This document shows positions 34,601 to 42,858 of a stretch of DNA of 64,000 nucleotides, one piece after another. The stretch's first letter is position 1. Every line of letters starts with the position of its first letter. The stretch spans positions 11,076 to 75,075 of the forward strand of contig JBGSIS010000002.1 in NCBI GenBank assembly GCA_041742395.1, in the 5' to 3' direction. A model generated the notes under the pieces. That model was not told the origin of the DNA, did no database searches, and worked only from the letters and a program-made list of their open reading frames with translations. The position numbers and the translations under genes were made by a program. The DNA comes from Candidatus Saccharimonadales bacterium (GTDB lineage: Bacteria; Patescibacteriota; Saccharimonadia; Saccharimonadales; JACQNP01).

Positions 34601-34921
34601 AACGTACTCTCCATCTTGCCGTAAAATTCTTACGCAAATTCCATGAAAAGTTCCCATAAAAGGCATAAAGCCTCTGTTTTCGGCATTCTCGTTTAGAAGT
34701 ACAGCAACTCTTTGCCTCATCTCTTTGGCTGCTTTATTCGTAAAGGTAACCGCAAGGATGTTATAAGGTGTTGCTTTATTATTAGCTATCAAATAGGCTA
34801 TGCGGTGAGTTAAGGTCTTAGTCTTACCGCTACCGGCACCTGCTTGTATAAGAAGTGGACCTTCTGTTGTTTGTACGGCTCTTTTTTGTTCTGGATTTAA
34901 ACCCTCTAATAAATCTTGCAC
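31661..34921 (-). CDS. pcrA: ATP-dependent DNA helicase PcrA/UvrD (SF1), precursor containing an intein
   Basis: Walker A AGAGSGKTKT, motif II MIDEYQDTN, and a split motif III VVGDDWQ | SIYSWRGAD. Later motifs are LEQNYRS, VLYRTN, TLHAAKGLEF and VGMTRA. 1086 aa, or 723 aa after removing the intein. Confidence 0.9.
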   Translation of the reverse strand: MQDLLEGLNPEQKRAVQTTEGPLLIQAGAGSGKTKTLTHRIAYLIANNKATPYNILAVTFTNKAAKEMRQRVAVLLNENAENRGFMPFMGTFHGICVRILRQDGEYVSVPKNFVIFDESDRLTAVKQSCKTAMIDEKTYTPRSIANLISNAKNEMLSPNEYGGIANSPVQNAAAKVYLLYEKALKNAGALDFDDLINKTVLMLEKNPQIKEKWQNQFKYIMIDEYQDTNLAQYKLVKLLTSSANNIAVVGDDWQCLPAGSLIETKNGKVPIEKISVGTFVKSAGGYGKTHHFKVTNVKKFKHNKKLVKIETSLGNNLVTTPNHLLFSRWDKTDDYFVYLMFSRRHGYRIGMTKGTRFDGKKYDTGLRVRANQERADKMWILKVCSNKSEAQYHELFYSYNYGIPMLVFRADTNRSLSISQREIDRVFRNIDTEERASKIMEDLNLSIEYPHFYPQATTRNEQMRNVINLVLFGDKRTSLKSPWSASRISMNSSNIEAFEGFRKENIAVRKGKLQSYRSEVHCLDYGELEKLKDSIKSSTKESLDFAHYAFITDKKFSFTPASNIHVGMEMPIINENTIISDMVTSVEFIDNEINDFVYDIDVEKVHNYIANGVVVHNSIYSWRGADFRNILKFERDYPKVTVIKLEQNYRSTKSILNAAHQVISKNSQRSDKKLWTDSSEGKPVSIKQVANERAESEMIIRTIKSKVDLGAGSFQDCAVLYRTNAQSRPIEESFIRFGIPYRIVGGQKFYDRKEIKDIIAYLRLIYQPEDRISFERIANVPTRGLGTKSLQNFIDWKNLNGITLKEALTRINEISSLTPKARKSLSELNDILVTSREISSETSLPAFMDSLIRRIDYMAYINDGTVQGESRVENVKELLSVAQSYQEVGLDGFLEEISLVSDIDNADFGGNAVTLMTLHAAKGLEFPVVFMVGMEETIFPHSRALYDQNEMEEERRLCYVGMTRAEKELYMSYASTRMLYGGIQHNPPARFLSEIDAKFEVDSFGLGGMSWQTKDSQTDDYVEPSTKKIESNEPRYVVELNEGDSVQHDIFGIGKVMEVDGDNLAVYFKGKGMKKLNSAFAPLKKL
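33071..34159 (-). mobile_element. intein (363 aa) inserted in helicase motif III
   Basis: Begins with Cys (CLPAGSLIETKNG, block A). Block B is LVTTPNHLLF. The C-terminal blocks are DFVYDIDVEKVHNYIANGVVVHN, followed by Ser as the +1 residue. The exteins join to VGDDWQ-SIYSWRGA, the canonical UvrD motif III. Confidence 0.85.
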
Positions 34922-34954
34922 TAATGTATTCTAGCAAACTTTATGCATTAAGAC

Positions 34955-36202
34955 TTATATTTTAGAAATTGAGTTTAAGACGTTTTCGTATAGTTCTTTG
35001 TAGGCACTATCTACAGATTTTATGTTGTCTTGAGATGGCTCGGATGTATCGTAGCAGAATTGAGGTAATTCAACTAAATTCAGTTTATCGTTAACTATAA
35101 ATACCATTTTGGTTGACATACAAGACTCATCTAAAGATTTAAAAGTGTATGTTTTGATATCATTTTTGTCGTTAGGAACTATTAACTTACCTTCAACATC
35201 TTTTAATTCTTGACCAATGGTATTAACGCTATCTGCAGGATTAATCGATAAGACTATCCATTTATTATTTTCAAATTTCACATCTGGGCCATATTTATAT
35301 GTATTAAATTCTTGATTCGAAGTTTTGTAATTATATATACTAAAAGGTAGTTTTGCTCCAACAATGACCGAAGTAGATGGATTATCACTTTCAAAATATT
35401 TATTTACTCCTTCGATCTGTCCAACTTCAACATTATTGATTTGCGATTTTTCTGTAATTTCACCATATATTGTTGGATAGACAAACTTGTATCCAAGTTC
35501 AGAATTTTCAAAAACTTTATATCCTTCCGGAACTATATATTCAGAGGCCTGAGTTTCATCCTGATTTGTTTGTTGTGAATCTGGATTGGGTGTTGGAGGT
35601 ACATTTATAGCAGTAGACTCCTTTTTAATAAAATCGAATGGTACATTTATGTCTAGAATCTCAGCATCTGCAGCAGCTCCGATTCCAATTAAACCAAGTA
35701 AAATAACCGATAGAAATACTAAAAATGTTCTTTTGTTTCGTTTGGCTTTTGCTGGTCGTACTTTTACGAAATACTTTTTACTATCTATTAATTTTTCAAT
35801 TTTTTCTTTATTCTCAAGATCAGCTTCTTCGTTCAACTTCTTTTGTTTTTTATCATTACTCTGAGATACTACAGCATCGACTATAGCCTTATCTTGCTCA
35901 GTATTTTTAGTATTATCCTTGGGCTCTTCGGGCTTATTTTCCAATTTTGGTTTATCGTCTTTAGGATCTTCTCCTATTTTCACAGTAAGTGGTTGTATTA
36001 CTGTCTTTGATTCTTCGGCCTTTTCACTAGGCGCAACAAGCTTAACTTCTGGATTGTTATCGGTTTTTTCCTCTTTTACTATAGAGTCTTTAATCATAGG
36101 TTTATGGCTTACAATTATTGGTTTCGATGAACTGTTTGGCGGTGTAGAACCCGGTTTTGATACATCAAAAACACCCTTAGAAGAATCTTGCTTACTTGGC
36201 AT
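34955..36202 (-). CDS. hypothetical membrane-anchored protein (Lys/Glu/Pro-rich N-terminal half, one TM helix, extracytoplasmic C-domain)
   Basis: TM helix FLVFLSVILLGLIGIGAAA. Its start overlaps the end of tpiA by 11 nt. Confidence 0.6.
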   Translation of the reverse strand: MPSKQDSSKGVFDVSKPGSTPPNSSSKPIIVSHKPMIKDSIVKEEKTDNNPEVKLVAPSEKAEESKTVIQPLTVKIGEDPKDDKPKLENKPEEPKDNTKNTEQDKAIVDAVVSQSNDKKQKKLNEEADLENKEKIEKLIDSKKYFVKVRPAKAKRNKRTFLVFLSVILLGLIGIGAAADAEILDINVPFDFIKKESTAINVPPTPNPDSQQTNQDETQASEYIVPEGYKVFENSELGYKFVYPTIYGEITEKSQINNVEVGQIEGVNKYFESDNPSTSVIVGAKLPFSIYNYKTSNQEFNTYKYGPDVKFENNKWIVLSINPADSVNTIGQELKDVEGKLIVPNDKNDIKTYTFKSLDESCMSTKMVFIVNDKLNLVELPQFCYDTSEPSQDNIKSVDSAYKELYENVLNSISKI

Positions 36203-36989
36203 CTTCTTCTCTTGATTTCTGAATTTTATAAGCCTTATCGACTATTGATGAAAACTTATGATAATTCAAGCTTGCTCCTCCTACCAAAACACCATCACAG
36301 TCATCTAATGAAAGATAGCCGCCAACCGTTTGATCGTCAACACTTCCGCCGTAAAGAATCCGGACTCTTTTACCTACTTTATCGCCATAAAGCGCTGAAA
36401 CCTGTTTTCTAATATAAGCGAGTTCTTTTTCAACAATATCTGGTTTAGCTATTTCACCGCCAAATGTACTAATAGCCCAAACAGGCTCGTAAGCAATAAC
36501 CATGTTTTCAACTTCTAAGGCAGTTAAGTTAGATAAAGCCGTGATGATCTGGTCATGTAGAACTTGTTTTGACTCACCACCTTTTCTTTCATTTTGAGTT
36601 TCGCCAATACATAATAAAGGGGTTATACCATTCCTAACACAAGCAGCTACTTTATCTCGAACTACATCTAGATTCTCATTAAAATATATTCTACGTTCGG
36701 AATGCCCAATTAATACATAGTGAACCAGTTCCTGAAGCATAGTGAAGCTAACTTCTCCAGTAAATGCACCTTGGTCTTTATAGTATGCATTCTGTGAAGC
36801 TAATCTAAATTTACGTCGATCTATCTGTAGAGATAATGGCTGGAGCAATAAATTGCTTGGAGCTAAAACTACTTCAATATCTCTATGAATTTTAATTCTT
36901 TCATGTAGACGGTGAAGTAGTAGACTGGCCTGCGAAGTATTTAAATGCATTTTCCAGTTGGCTACTACTAGTAATCTTTTATCTTTCAT
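36192..36989 (-). CDS. tpiA: triosephosphate isomerase
   Basis: Motifs VVANWKMH, IGHSERR, IAYEPVWAI and YGGSV. Confidence 0.9.
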   Translation of the reverse strand: MKDKRLLVVANWKMHLNTSQASLLLHRLHERIKIHRDIEVVLAPSNLLLQPLSLQIDRRKFRLASQNAYYKDQGAFTGEVSFTMLQELVHYVLIGHSERRIYFNENLDVVRDKVAACVRNGITPLLCIGETQNERKGGESKQVLHDQIITALSNLTALEVENMVIAYEPVWAISTFGGEIAKPDIVEKELAYIRKQVSALYGDKVGKRVRILYGGSVDDQTVGGYLSLDDCDGVLVGGASLNYHKFSSIVDKAYKIQKSREEDAK

Positions 36990-37022
36990 AATTGTTATGC
37001 TTTCTTTGAAGATATTGTATCA

Positions 37023-38315
37023 TCATGAGTCTAATAATGCTTCTACTCCAGGTAATTTTTTACCACTCATTAACTCCATGCTAGCACCACCACCGGTTGA
37101 AACATGATCAAAATTATCAACTAAACCTTTTTGTTCAATAAAACCTACCGTATCACCGCCGCCAATTACCGTAAAAGGTTTATGGCCATACTCTCCAAGT
37201 AGTGAATTTACAACCTGCTCTGTACCGTGAGCAAATGGACCAACCGGACCATTAATACTAGGCACTTCTGTAACACCCATGGCTCCGTTCCAAACTACAG
37301 TATTTACTAGCTGTATTGTCCCTGAAATAAAAGCCCCTGAAAAAGGACCAATATCAAGTATCATTTCATCTTTTTCGACTATTGAGGTATTTTTTGGAAC
37401 TTTCTTAGGATAGTTCTCAATATCAGCTACAATGTGAGCGTCCCAATCTACAATTCTAGTAGAAGTCTTTTTATCGATTTTCTTAGCAACCACTCCGTCT
37501 TGTGGTAGATAGAATATAAAATTACTTTCTTTGTTTCTGATATTAGCTTTTTCAATAATTTCTTTGGCAGTGGCGATTTCTTCATCTTCAACTAAACTAT
37601 TGCCTACATTTATTCCTTTAGCCATCAAAAATGTATTGGCCATTGCTCCACCAACAATTACAACATCGGCAATTTCAACAAACCGATTTAGAATATCTAT
37701 TTTGTCAGAAATCTTAGCACCGCCAATTATTGCCATAAGTGGCCTAGATGGATTTTCCATTACTTGATTAATTACCGTTACTTCTCTTTCTAAAAGCAAA
37801 CCAGCGACACTCGGTAAATGATTAGTAATAGCTTCGGTGCTTGCATGAGCTCTATGGACTACACCAAATGCATCTTGTACAAAAATATCTGCTAGCTCAG
37901 ACAGGTCTTTTGCAAACTGATCATCATTCTTTTCTTCTTGATCATAAAAACGCAAATTTTCTAATAACAATACTTGGCCATTTTCTAAATTGTTCGATTT
38001 AGTTTTTGCCTCATCACCAATGCAGTCATTAGAAAATTGAATATCTATACCGAGTAATTCTCCGAGCCTACTAGCAACTGGCTTTAGGCTCATTTCGCTG
38101 TGTGGACGTCCTTCTGGTCTTCCTAGATGTGAACACAATATAATTTTACAGTTCTTTTCAATCAAAAACTTTATAGTATCTATAGATTTTTTAATTCTAT
38201 AATCGTCTGTTATTTTCCCATTTTCTAGAGGCACATTATAGTCAACTCGAACTAAAACTCTTTTATCCTGTAAATCTATATCTTCTATAGTTCTTTTATA
38301 AAAACTCATTACCAC
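37023..38315 (-). CDS. pgk: phosphoglycerate kinase
   Basis: Motifs RVDYNVP, SHLGRP, IIGGAKISDKI, NGAMGV and STGGGAS. The start may be the ATG at 38309 instead of the GTG at 38315. Confidence 0.9.
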   Translation of the reverse strand: MVMSFYKRTIEDIDLQDKRVLVRVDYNVPLENGKITDDYRIKKSIDTIKFLIEKNCKIILCSHLGRPEGRPHSEMSLKPVASRLGELLGIDIQFSNDCIGDEAKTKSNNLENGQVLLLENLRFYDQEEKNDDQFAKDLSELADIFVQDAFGVVHRAHASTEAITNHLPSVAGLLLEREVTVINQVMENPSRPLMAIIGGAKISDKIDILNRFVEIADVVIVGGAMANTFLMAKGINVGNSLVEDEEIATAKEIIEKANIRNKESNFIFYLPQDGVVAKKIDKKTSTRIVDWDAHIVADIENYPKKVPKNTSIVEKDEMILDIGPFSGAFISGTIQLVNTVVWNGAMGVTEVPSINGPVGPFAHGTEQVVNSLLGEYGHKPFTVIGGGDTVGFIEQKGLVDNFDHVSTGGGASMELMSGKKLPGVEALLDS

Positions 38316-38325
38316 CCCTAGATTA

Positions 38326-39756
38326 TTAATCCATCATCCTTATCTTTATTGTATCAGTAGCTCCAACAATTCCAGGATATTTTCCCGAAGCAGTTACAAC
38401 TATGTCACCTTTATTCAGAATTTTCGTATTCTGCATCCAGTTAGTCAACTTGGTTGCTGCTTTCGGATCAAGAGGACGAAGGTAAGATTTAATACCGAAA
38501 ATTATAGAAAGCTGGTTGGCAACTATTTTGTCTGCTGTAACGGCAATTATCGGGCTACTAGGTCGTCTTGCGGATATTTCAATTGCAGTACTACCGCTTG
38601 CGGTTTCCGCAACAATAGCTATTGCATTTACACTTTCGGCAAGGTTAATAATTGCTTCACAAATTGCCTGCTGCTTATTAGGAACAACTTCGTTATCAAA
38701 CTTATGTTTAACTTTCAAATGTTCGTTTTCTTCAGTATGTAGAATAATTCTTTTCATCATCTTTATCGCTTCTATTGGATACTTACCAGCAGCTGTTTCA
38801 TCGCTAAGCATCACACAATCTGCACCCACCAAGACGGCTGTAGCAACATCAGAAACCTCTGCTCTTGTTGGTTCAGGTGAATCCATCATACTAGCCATCA
38901 TGTGTGTTGCCACAATAATTGGTTTTCGGTGTTTTATTCCTAGCCTGATTATATTTCTTTGCACCACTGGAACCGTCTCATGCAAAGTCTCAATGGCTAA
39001 ATCACCCCTAGCCACCATAACAACATCAGTAGCATCAATAATTTCTTCTAAGTTATCTATAGCGGCAGCTGTTTCGATCTTGGCTATCACTTTTGCTTTA
39101 CTACCAAGATTTCTTAGAATTTTTCTTAATTTTTCGATATCTTTTGCTGTTTGTACAAAACTAAGTGCAACATAATCAATACCAACTGTCGACCCAAAAG
39201 TTAGATCCTGCTTATCTTTGATAGTTATAACGTCTCCACCAAAATCAGTGTCTGGTAAATTAATTCCCTTTCTCTTTATTAGTATGCCGTGATTTTCTGC
39301 TCTTACGTAAACGATACCATCTTTAACTGATGTAACAACAGTTTTAATTTTTCCATCATAGAGCAACACTCGTTCACCGCGTTTTACTTTTTTCGTTAAG
39401 TCATATTGCGTGGGTAGATAACCGCTTCTTTCATAATCGGCGTTATACTTTAGAGCAAGTGATTGGCCTTCTTGCACTGTGACTACTCCATCAAAATCAC
39501 CAAGTCGAATTTTTGGTCCCTGGATATCTTGAATAATAGCAACTGGTTTTTTCAACTCCTCAGATGCTTTTCGTATCCACTTTATTTGTTCGACACGTTC
39601 TTCATGAGTGCCATGACTAAAATTTAGCCTAAGTCCATTAGCGCCAGTCTTTATTACCTCTTTAATCCATGCATAAGTATTCGTAGAAGGTCCAATAGTA
39701 GCTATTATTTTAGTTTTTTTGAACTTCTGAATTTTAACTATTTTGTCATCACCCAT
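38326..39756 (-). CDS. pyk: pyruvate kinase
   Basis: Motifs KIIATIGPS, GLRLNFSHG, AKIETAAAIDN, MVARGDLAIE and MLSDETAAGKYP. Confidence 0.9.
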   Translation of the reverse strand: MGDDKIVKIQKFKKTKIIATIGPSTNTYAWIKEVIKTGANGLRLNFSHGTHEERVEQIKWIRKASEELKKPVAIIQDIQGPKIRLGDFDGVVTVQEGQSLALKYNADYERSGYLPTQYDLTKKVKRGERVLLYDGKIKTVVTSVKDGIVYVRAENHGILIKRKGINLPDTDFGGDVITIKDKQDLTFGSTVGIDYVALSFVQTAKDIEKLRKILRNLGSKAKVIAKIETAAAIDNLEEIIDATDVVMVARGDLAIETLHETVPVVQRNIIRLGIKHRKPIIVATHMMASMMDSPEPTRAEVSDVATAVLVGADCVMLSDETAAGKYPIEAIKMMKRIILHTEENEHLKVKHKFDNEVVPNKQQAICEAIINLAESVNAIAIVAETASGSTAIEISARRPSSPIIAVTADKIVANQLSIIFGIKSYLRPLDPKAATKLTNWMQNTKILNKGDIVVTASGKYPGIVGATDTIKIRMMD

Positions 39757-39786
39757 GCTTTTTATATAAGTTAACTCTTACCGAGT

Positions 39787-42150
39787 TTACCTTCCTAGTT
39801 TCTGCTCAAGTTCATGTAAATCAATCGTGGTCTTAACAACCGTATCTGGAGCAAGGGAAATACTATTGATTCCTTCTTCTACCAAAAACCTTGCAAATTC
39901 TGGATAATCTGATGGTGCTTGACCACAGAGTCCAACCTTAATGCCTTTTTCTCTACCAACTTTTATTACCTGTCTTATTAAATGTTTTACGGCTTCGTTA
40001 TTCTCATCGTAAACATGCGCAACCGTGTGATTATCTCGATCGACACCAAGAGTTAGTTGAGTTAAGTCATTTGAGCCTATTGAGAAGCCATCAAAAAGAT
40101 CAGCAAACTGCTCGGCCAGAATAACATTTGAAGGAATTTCAATCATTACATATACCTGGAAACCGTTTTCACCTCGTTTAAGTCCATTCTCTCCCATAAT
40201 TGATAGCACCTTATGCGCTTCGTTTAAGTCACGACAGAATGGCACCATTGCTTTGACGTTCACTATTCCCATATCGTCTCTTACTTTTTTCATTGCCTTA
40301 CATTCTAGTTCGAAAGCTCCTCTGAACTGTTCGCTATAGTATCTACTAGCTCCACGCCAACCGATCATAGGATTATTTTCTTCTGGCTCGAAGATTTTCC
40401 CGCCAATCAAGTTTGCATACTCATTTGATTTAAAATCACTAAACCTAATTATTACGTCGTTTGGATAAAAGGCCGCGCCTATCATGGCAATACCTTCAGC
40501 TAATTTATCAATGTAGTATTGAGTCTTATCAGCGTATCCTTGTGTCAAAGTTTCAATTTGGTGTCTTGTTTTCTGATCTTTAATTAAATCAAATCTAAGT
40601 AGTGCCAAAGGATGAATCTTTATATGTGAATCAATTATAAATTCTTCTCTAGCTAGACCTACGCCGTCATTTGGAATCATTGAGTACTGGAAAGCATGGT
40701 CTGGAGAGCCAATATTCATCATTATTTTAGTCTTCGGTCGCGGCAGATCGGTGATATCAGTTTTATTGACTCGGAATTTTAGAATACCGTCATAAACAAA
40801 GCCGTCATCGCCTTGGGCACAGCTAACAGTTATTTGTTGTTTGTCGGTAATTTTTGAAGTAGCATCGCCGGTCCCAACTAAACAAGGTATACCTAGTTCT
40901 CTGGATACAATAGCTGCATGACAGGTTCTGCCGCCTTTGTTGGTTACAATCGCACTAGCAATTTTCATTATCGGCACCCAGTCTGGGTCGGTCATATCGG
41001 TCACCAAAACATCACCCGCTTTGAACTTACTTATATCTTTGATGCTCATTATTTTACTTGCTTTGCCCGCACCAATTCTATTTCCTACACTCGATCCTTG
41101 AGTTAGTAGTTTTCCGGTTTCTAATAGCTCATATTCTTCAATAGAGTTAGAGTCTTTTCTTGATTGAACAGTTTCTGGTCTTGCTTGGACAATATATAGC
41201 TTGCCATCATCTTCATCTAAGGCCCACTCAATATCCATAGGCTTACCGTAGTGTTTTTCAATCTCAATTCCCCAATGGGCTAAGGTACTGACCTGTTCTT
41301 CAGTTATTGAGTACTTTTGCCTATCTTCTTCACTGACGTTAACATTCTTAGTCTTGCTGCCAGAGATAGGAATCATTTTTTCTTTTTTAGTACCAATTTT
41401 TCGCTTAATAATCTGCATGGTGGGTTTGAATACTGTGAACTCGTCAGGACTAACCCTTCCCTGGACAATATTCTCGCCAATACCGTAGATAGAACTAATT
41501 ACAATCGCATCTTTGAAGCCTGATTCAGTATCAATCGTAAACATAATTCCAGCTGATTCTGACCTAACGGCCACCATCTGTTGAATTCCAACTGACAGTG
41601 CAACCTTCATATGTTCAAAGCCATTTTCTTGTCGATAAACTATTGCTCTGTCAGTAAACAATGAAGCGATACACTCTTTAACCGCAATAAGCACACTATC
41701 TTCACCCTCAATATTAAGATAGGTTTCTTGTTGACCTGCAAATGATGCATTAGGAAGATCTTCGGCTGTCGCAGATGACCTTACAGCTACAACTAGGTTA
41801 TCTCGTCCGCATATTTCACTAAGTTCTTTATAGCCACGCTTTATCTCTTCTTCGAAGTCTGCAGGAAATTTAGCATGTAAAAAGATTGAACGAATTTTGG
41901 CGCCTTTTTCCCTAAGATTATCCATATTATGAATGTCTAGTTCTGCTAATTCTGCTTCAATCTGCTGCCTAATCCCAGCTTGATCTATAAAATAGTAGTA
42001 ACTTTGAGCGGTAGTAGCAAAGCCATTAGGTAAGTTAATACCTTTCGGAGCCAAGTAGTGATTCATCTCTCCGAGAGATGCATTCTTGCCGCCAACTTGA
42101 GGAACATCTTGAATTGTTAATTCTTTGAAAAATTTTACATACTTATACAT
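39787..42150 (-). CDS. ppsA: phosphoenolpyruvate synthase (pyruvate, water dikinase)
   Basis: N-terminal ATP-grasp (VGGKNASLGE), phospho-His domain GGRTCHAAIVSRELGIPCLVG, and C-terminal PEP-utilising domain (SIGSNDLTQL). I prefer the ATG at 42150, preceded by GGGTGGA, over the TTG at 42174. Confidence 0.9.
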   Translation of the reverse strand: MYKYVKFFKELTIQDVPQVGGKNASLGEMNHYLAPKGINLPNGFATTAQSYYYFIDQAGIRQQIEAELAELDIHNMDNLREKGAKIRSIFLHAKFPADFEEEIKRGYKELSEICGRDNLVVAVRSSATAEDLPNASFAGQQETYLNIEGEDSVLIAVKECIASLFTDRAIVYRQENGFEHMKVALSVGIQQMVAVRSESAGIMFTIDTESGFKDAIVISSIYGIGENIVQGRVSPDEFTVFKPTMQIIKRKIGTKKEKMIPISGSKTKNVNVSEEDRQKYSITEEQVSTLAHWGIEIEKHYGKPMDIEWALDEDDGKLYIVQARPETVQSRKDSNSIEEYELLETGKLLTQGSSVGNRIGAGKASKIMSIKDISKFKAGDVLVTDMTDPDWVPIMKIASAIVTNKGGRTCHAAIVSRELGIPCLVGTGDATSKITDKQQITVSCAQGDDGFVYDGILKFRVNKTDITDLPRPKTKIMMNIGSPDHAFQYSMIPNDGVGLAREEFIIDSHIKIHPLALLRFDLIKDQKTRHQIETLTQGYADKTQYYIDKLAEGIAMIGAAFYPNDVIIRFSDFKSNEYANLIGGKIFEPEENNPMIGWRGASRYYSEQFRGAFELECKAMKKVRDDMGIVNVKAMVPFCRDLNEAHKVLSIMGENGLKRGENGFQVYVMIEIPSNVILAEQFADLFDGFSIGSNDLTQLTLGVDRDNHTVAHVYDENNEAVKHLIRQVIKVGREKGIKVGLCGQAPSDYPEFARFLVEEGINSISLAPDTVVKTTIDLHELEQKLGR

Positions 42151-42240
42151 TTTTCCACCCTTTTTTAAATTCAAACTTATTTAAATATTAACACTTATGC
42201 TTAAGTAAATAAACTGTTAAATTAGTGATATAATCTATCT

Positions 42241-42858
42241 ATGGAAGAACAAATAAAAATAATAAAAAAACTGTTGGGATCGAGTTCTATTAATTTGTTT
42301 GGTAGTCCGTTCTCTGGCAAAGATACGCAAGGTTTAATAATTGCCGACCTACTGGACGCACACCTGATAGCAGGAGGAGATATCTTGAGAAGTTACCCCG
42401 ATCAAGAAAAAATAAAACAACTCATGTCAACTGGGAACTTATTCCCTACAGATCTTTACATGGAAATAATACTGCCGTTTTTGTCTCAAGATGAGTTCAC
42501 TGGAAAACCACTAGTTCTTAGTGCCGTCGGTAGACTTCACGGTGAAGAACAAATAATTTCTAATGCAACAGATAAATCAGGACACCCAATAAAGGCTGTT
42601 ATTAATATGGAACTTTCCGAAGCAGAAGTTTGGGAAAGATTTGAAGAATCTAAGATAAACAACGACCGGGGAGACAGAGCTGACGACCAAGAAGACGCAC
42701 TCAAAAACAGACTATTAAAGTTCAAATCTCAGACTCTTCCAGTTATTGAATTCTATAGAAATAAAGGTCTAGTAATTGATATAAATGGAAACTTACCAAA
42801 AGAAGAAGTTACATCATCAATAATTAATGAACTAGTTTTATTCTTAGATAAATCTTAG
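42241..42858 (+). CDS. adk: adenylate kinase family protein (short-lid type)
   Basis: P-loop GSPFSGKDTQG (compare GxPGxGKGTQ). C-terminal RADDQEDALKNRLLKFKSQTLPVIEFYRNKG. Confidence 0.7.
   Translation: MEEQIKIIKKLLGSSSINLFGSPFSGKDTQGLIIADLLDAHLIAGGDILRSYPDQEKIKQLMSTGNLFPTDLYMEIILPFLSQDEFTGKPLVLSAVGRLHGEEQIISNATDKSGHPIKAVINMELSEAEVWERFEESKINNDRGDRADDQEDALKNRLLKFKSQTLPVIEFYRNKGLVIDINGNLPKEEVTSSIINELVLFLDKS

Noticed and set aside
38516-39175. 219-aa plus-strand ORF
   Set aside because: It lies entirely antisense to the strongly supported pyruvate kinase gene. Its translation is low-complexity Ile/Ala/Ser/Thr-rich, typical of a shadow ORF.
42151-42174. TTG-initiated 8-codon extension of ppsA
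   Set aside because: The ATG at 42150 has a GGGTGGA Shine-Dalgarno-like site at proper spacing, and that site lies inside the supposed extension.
42193-42206. Small palindrome ACTTA-TGC-TTAAGT between divergent ppsA and adk, considered as an operator
   Set aside because: It has only 5+5 bp in AT-rich DNA, there is no second copy in the window, and no candidate regulator is nearby. It is indistinguishable from chance.
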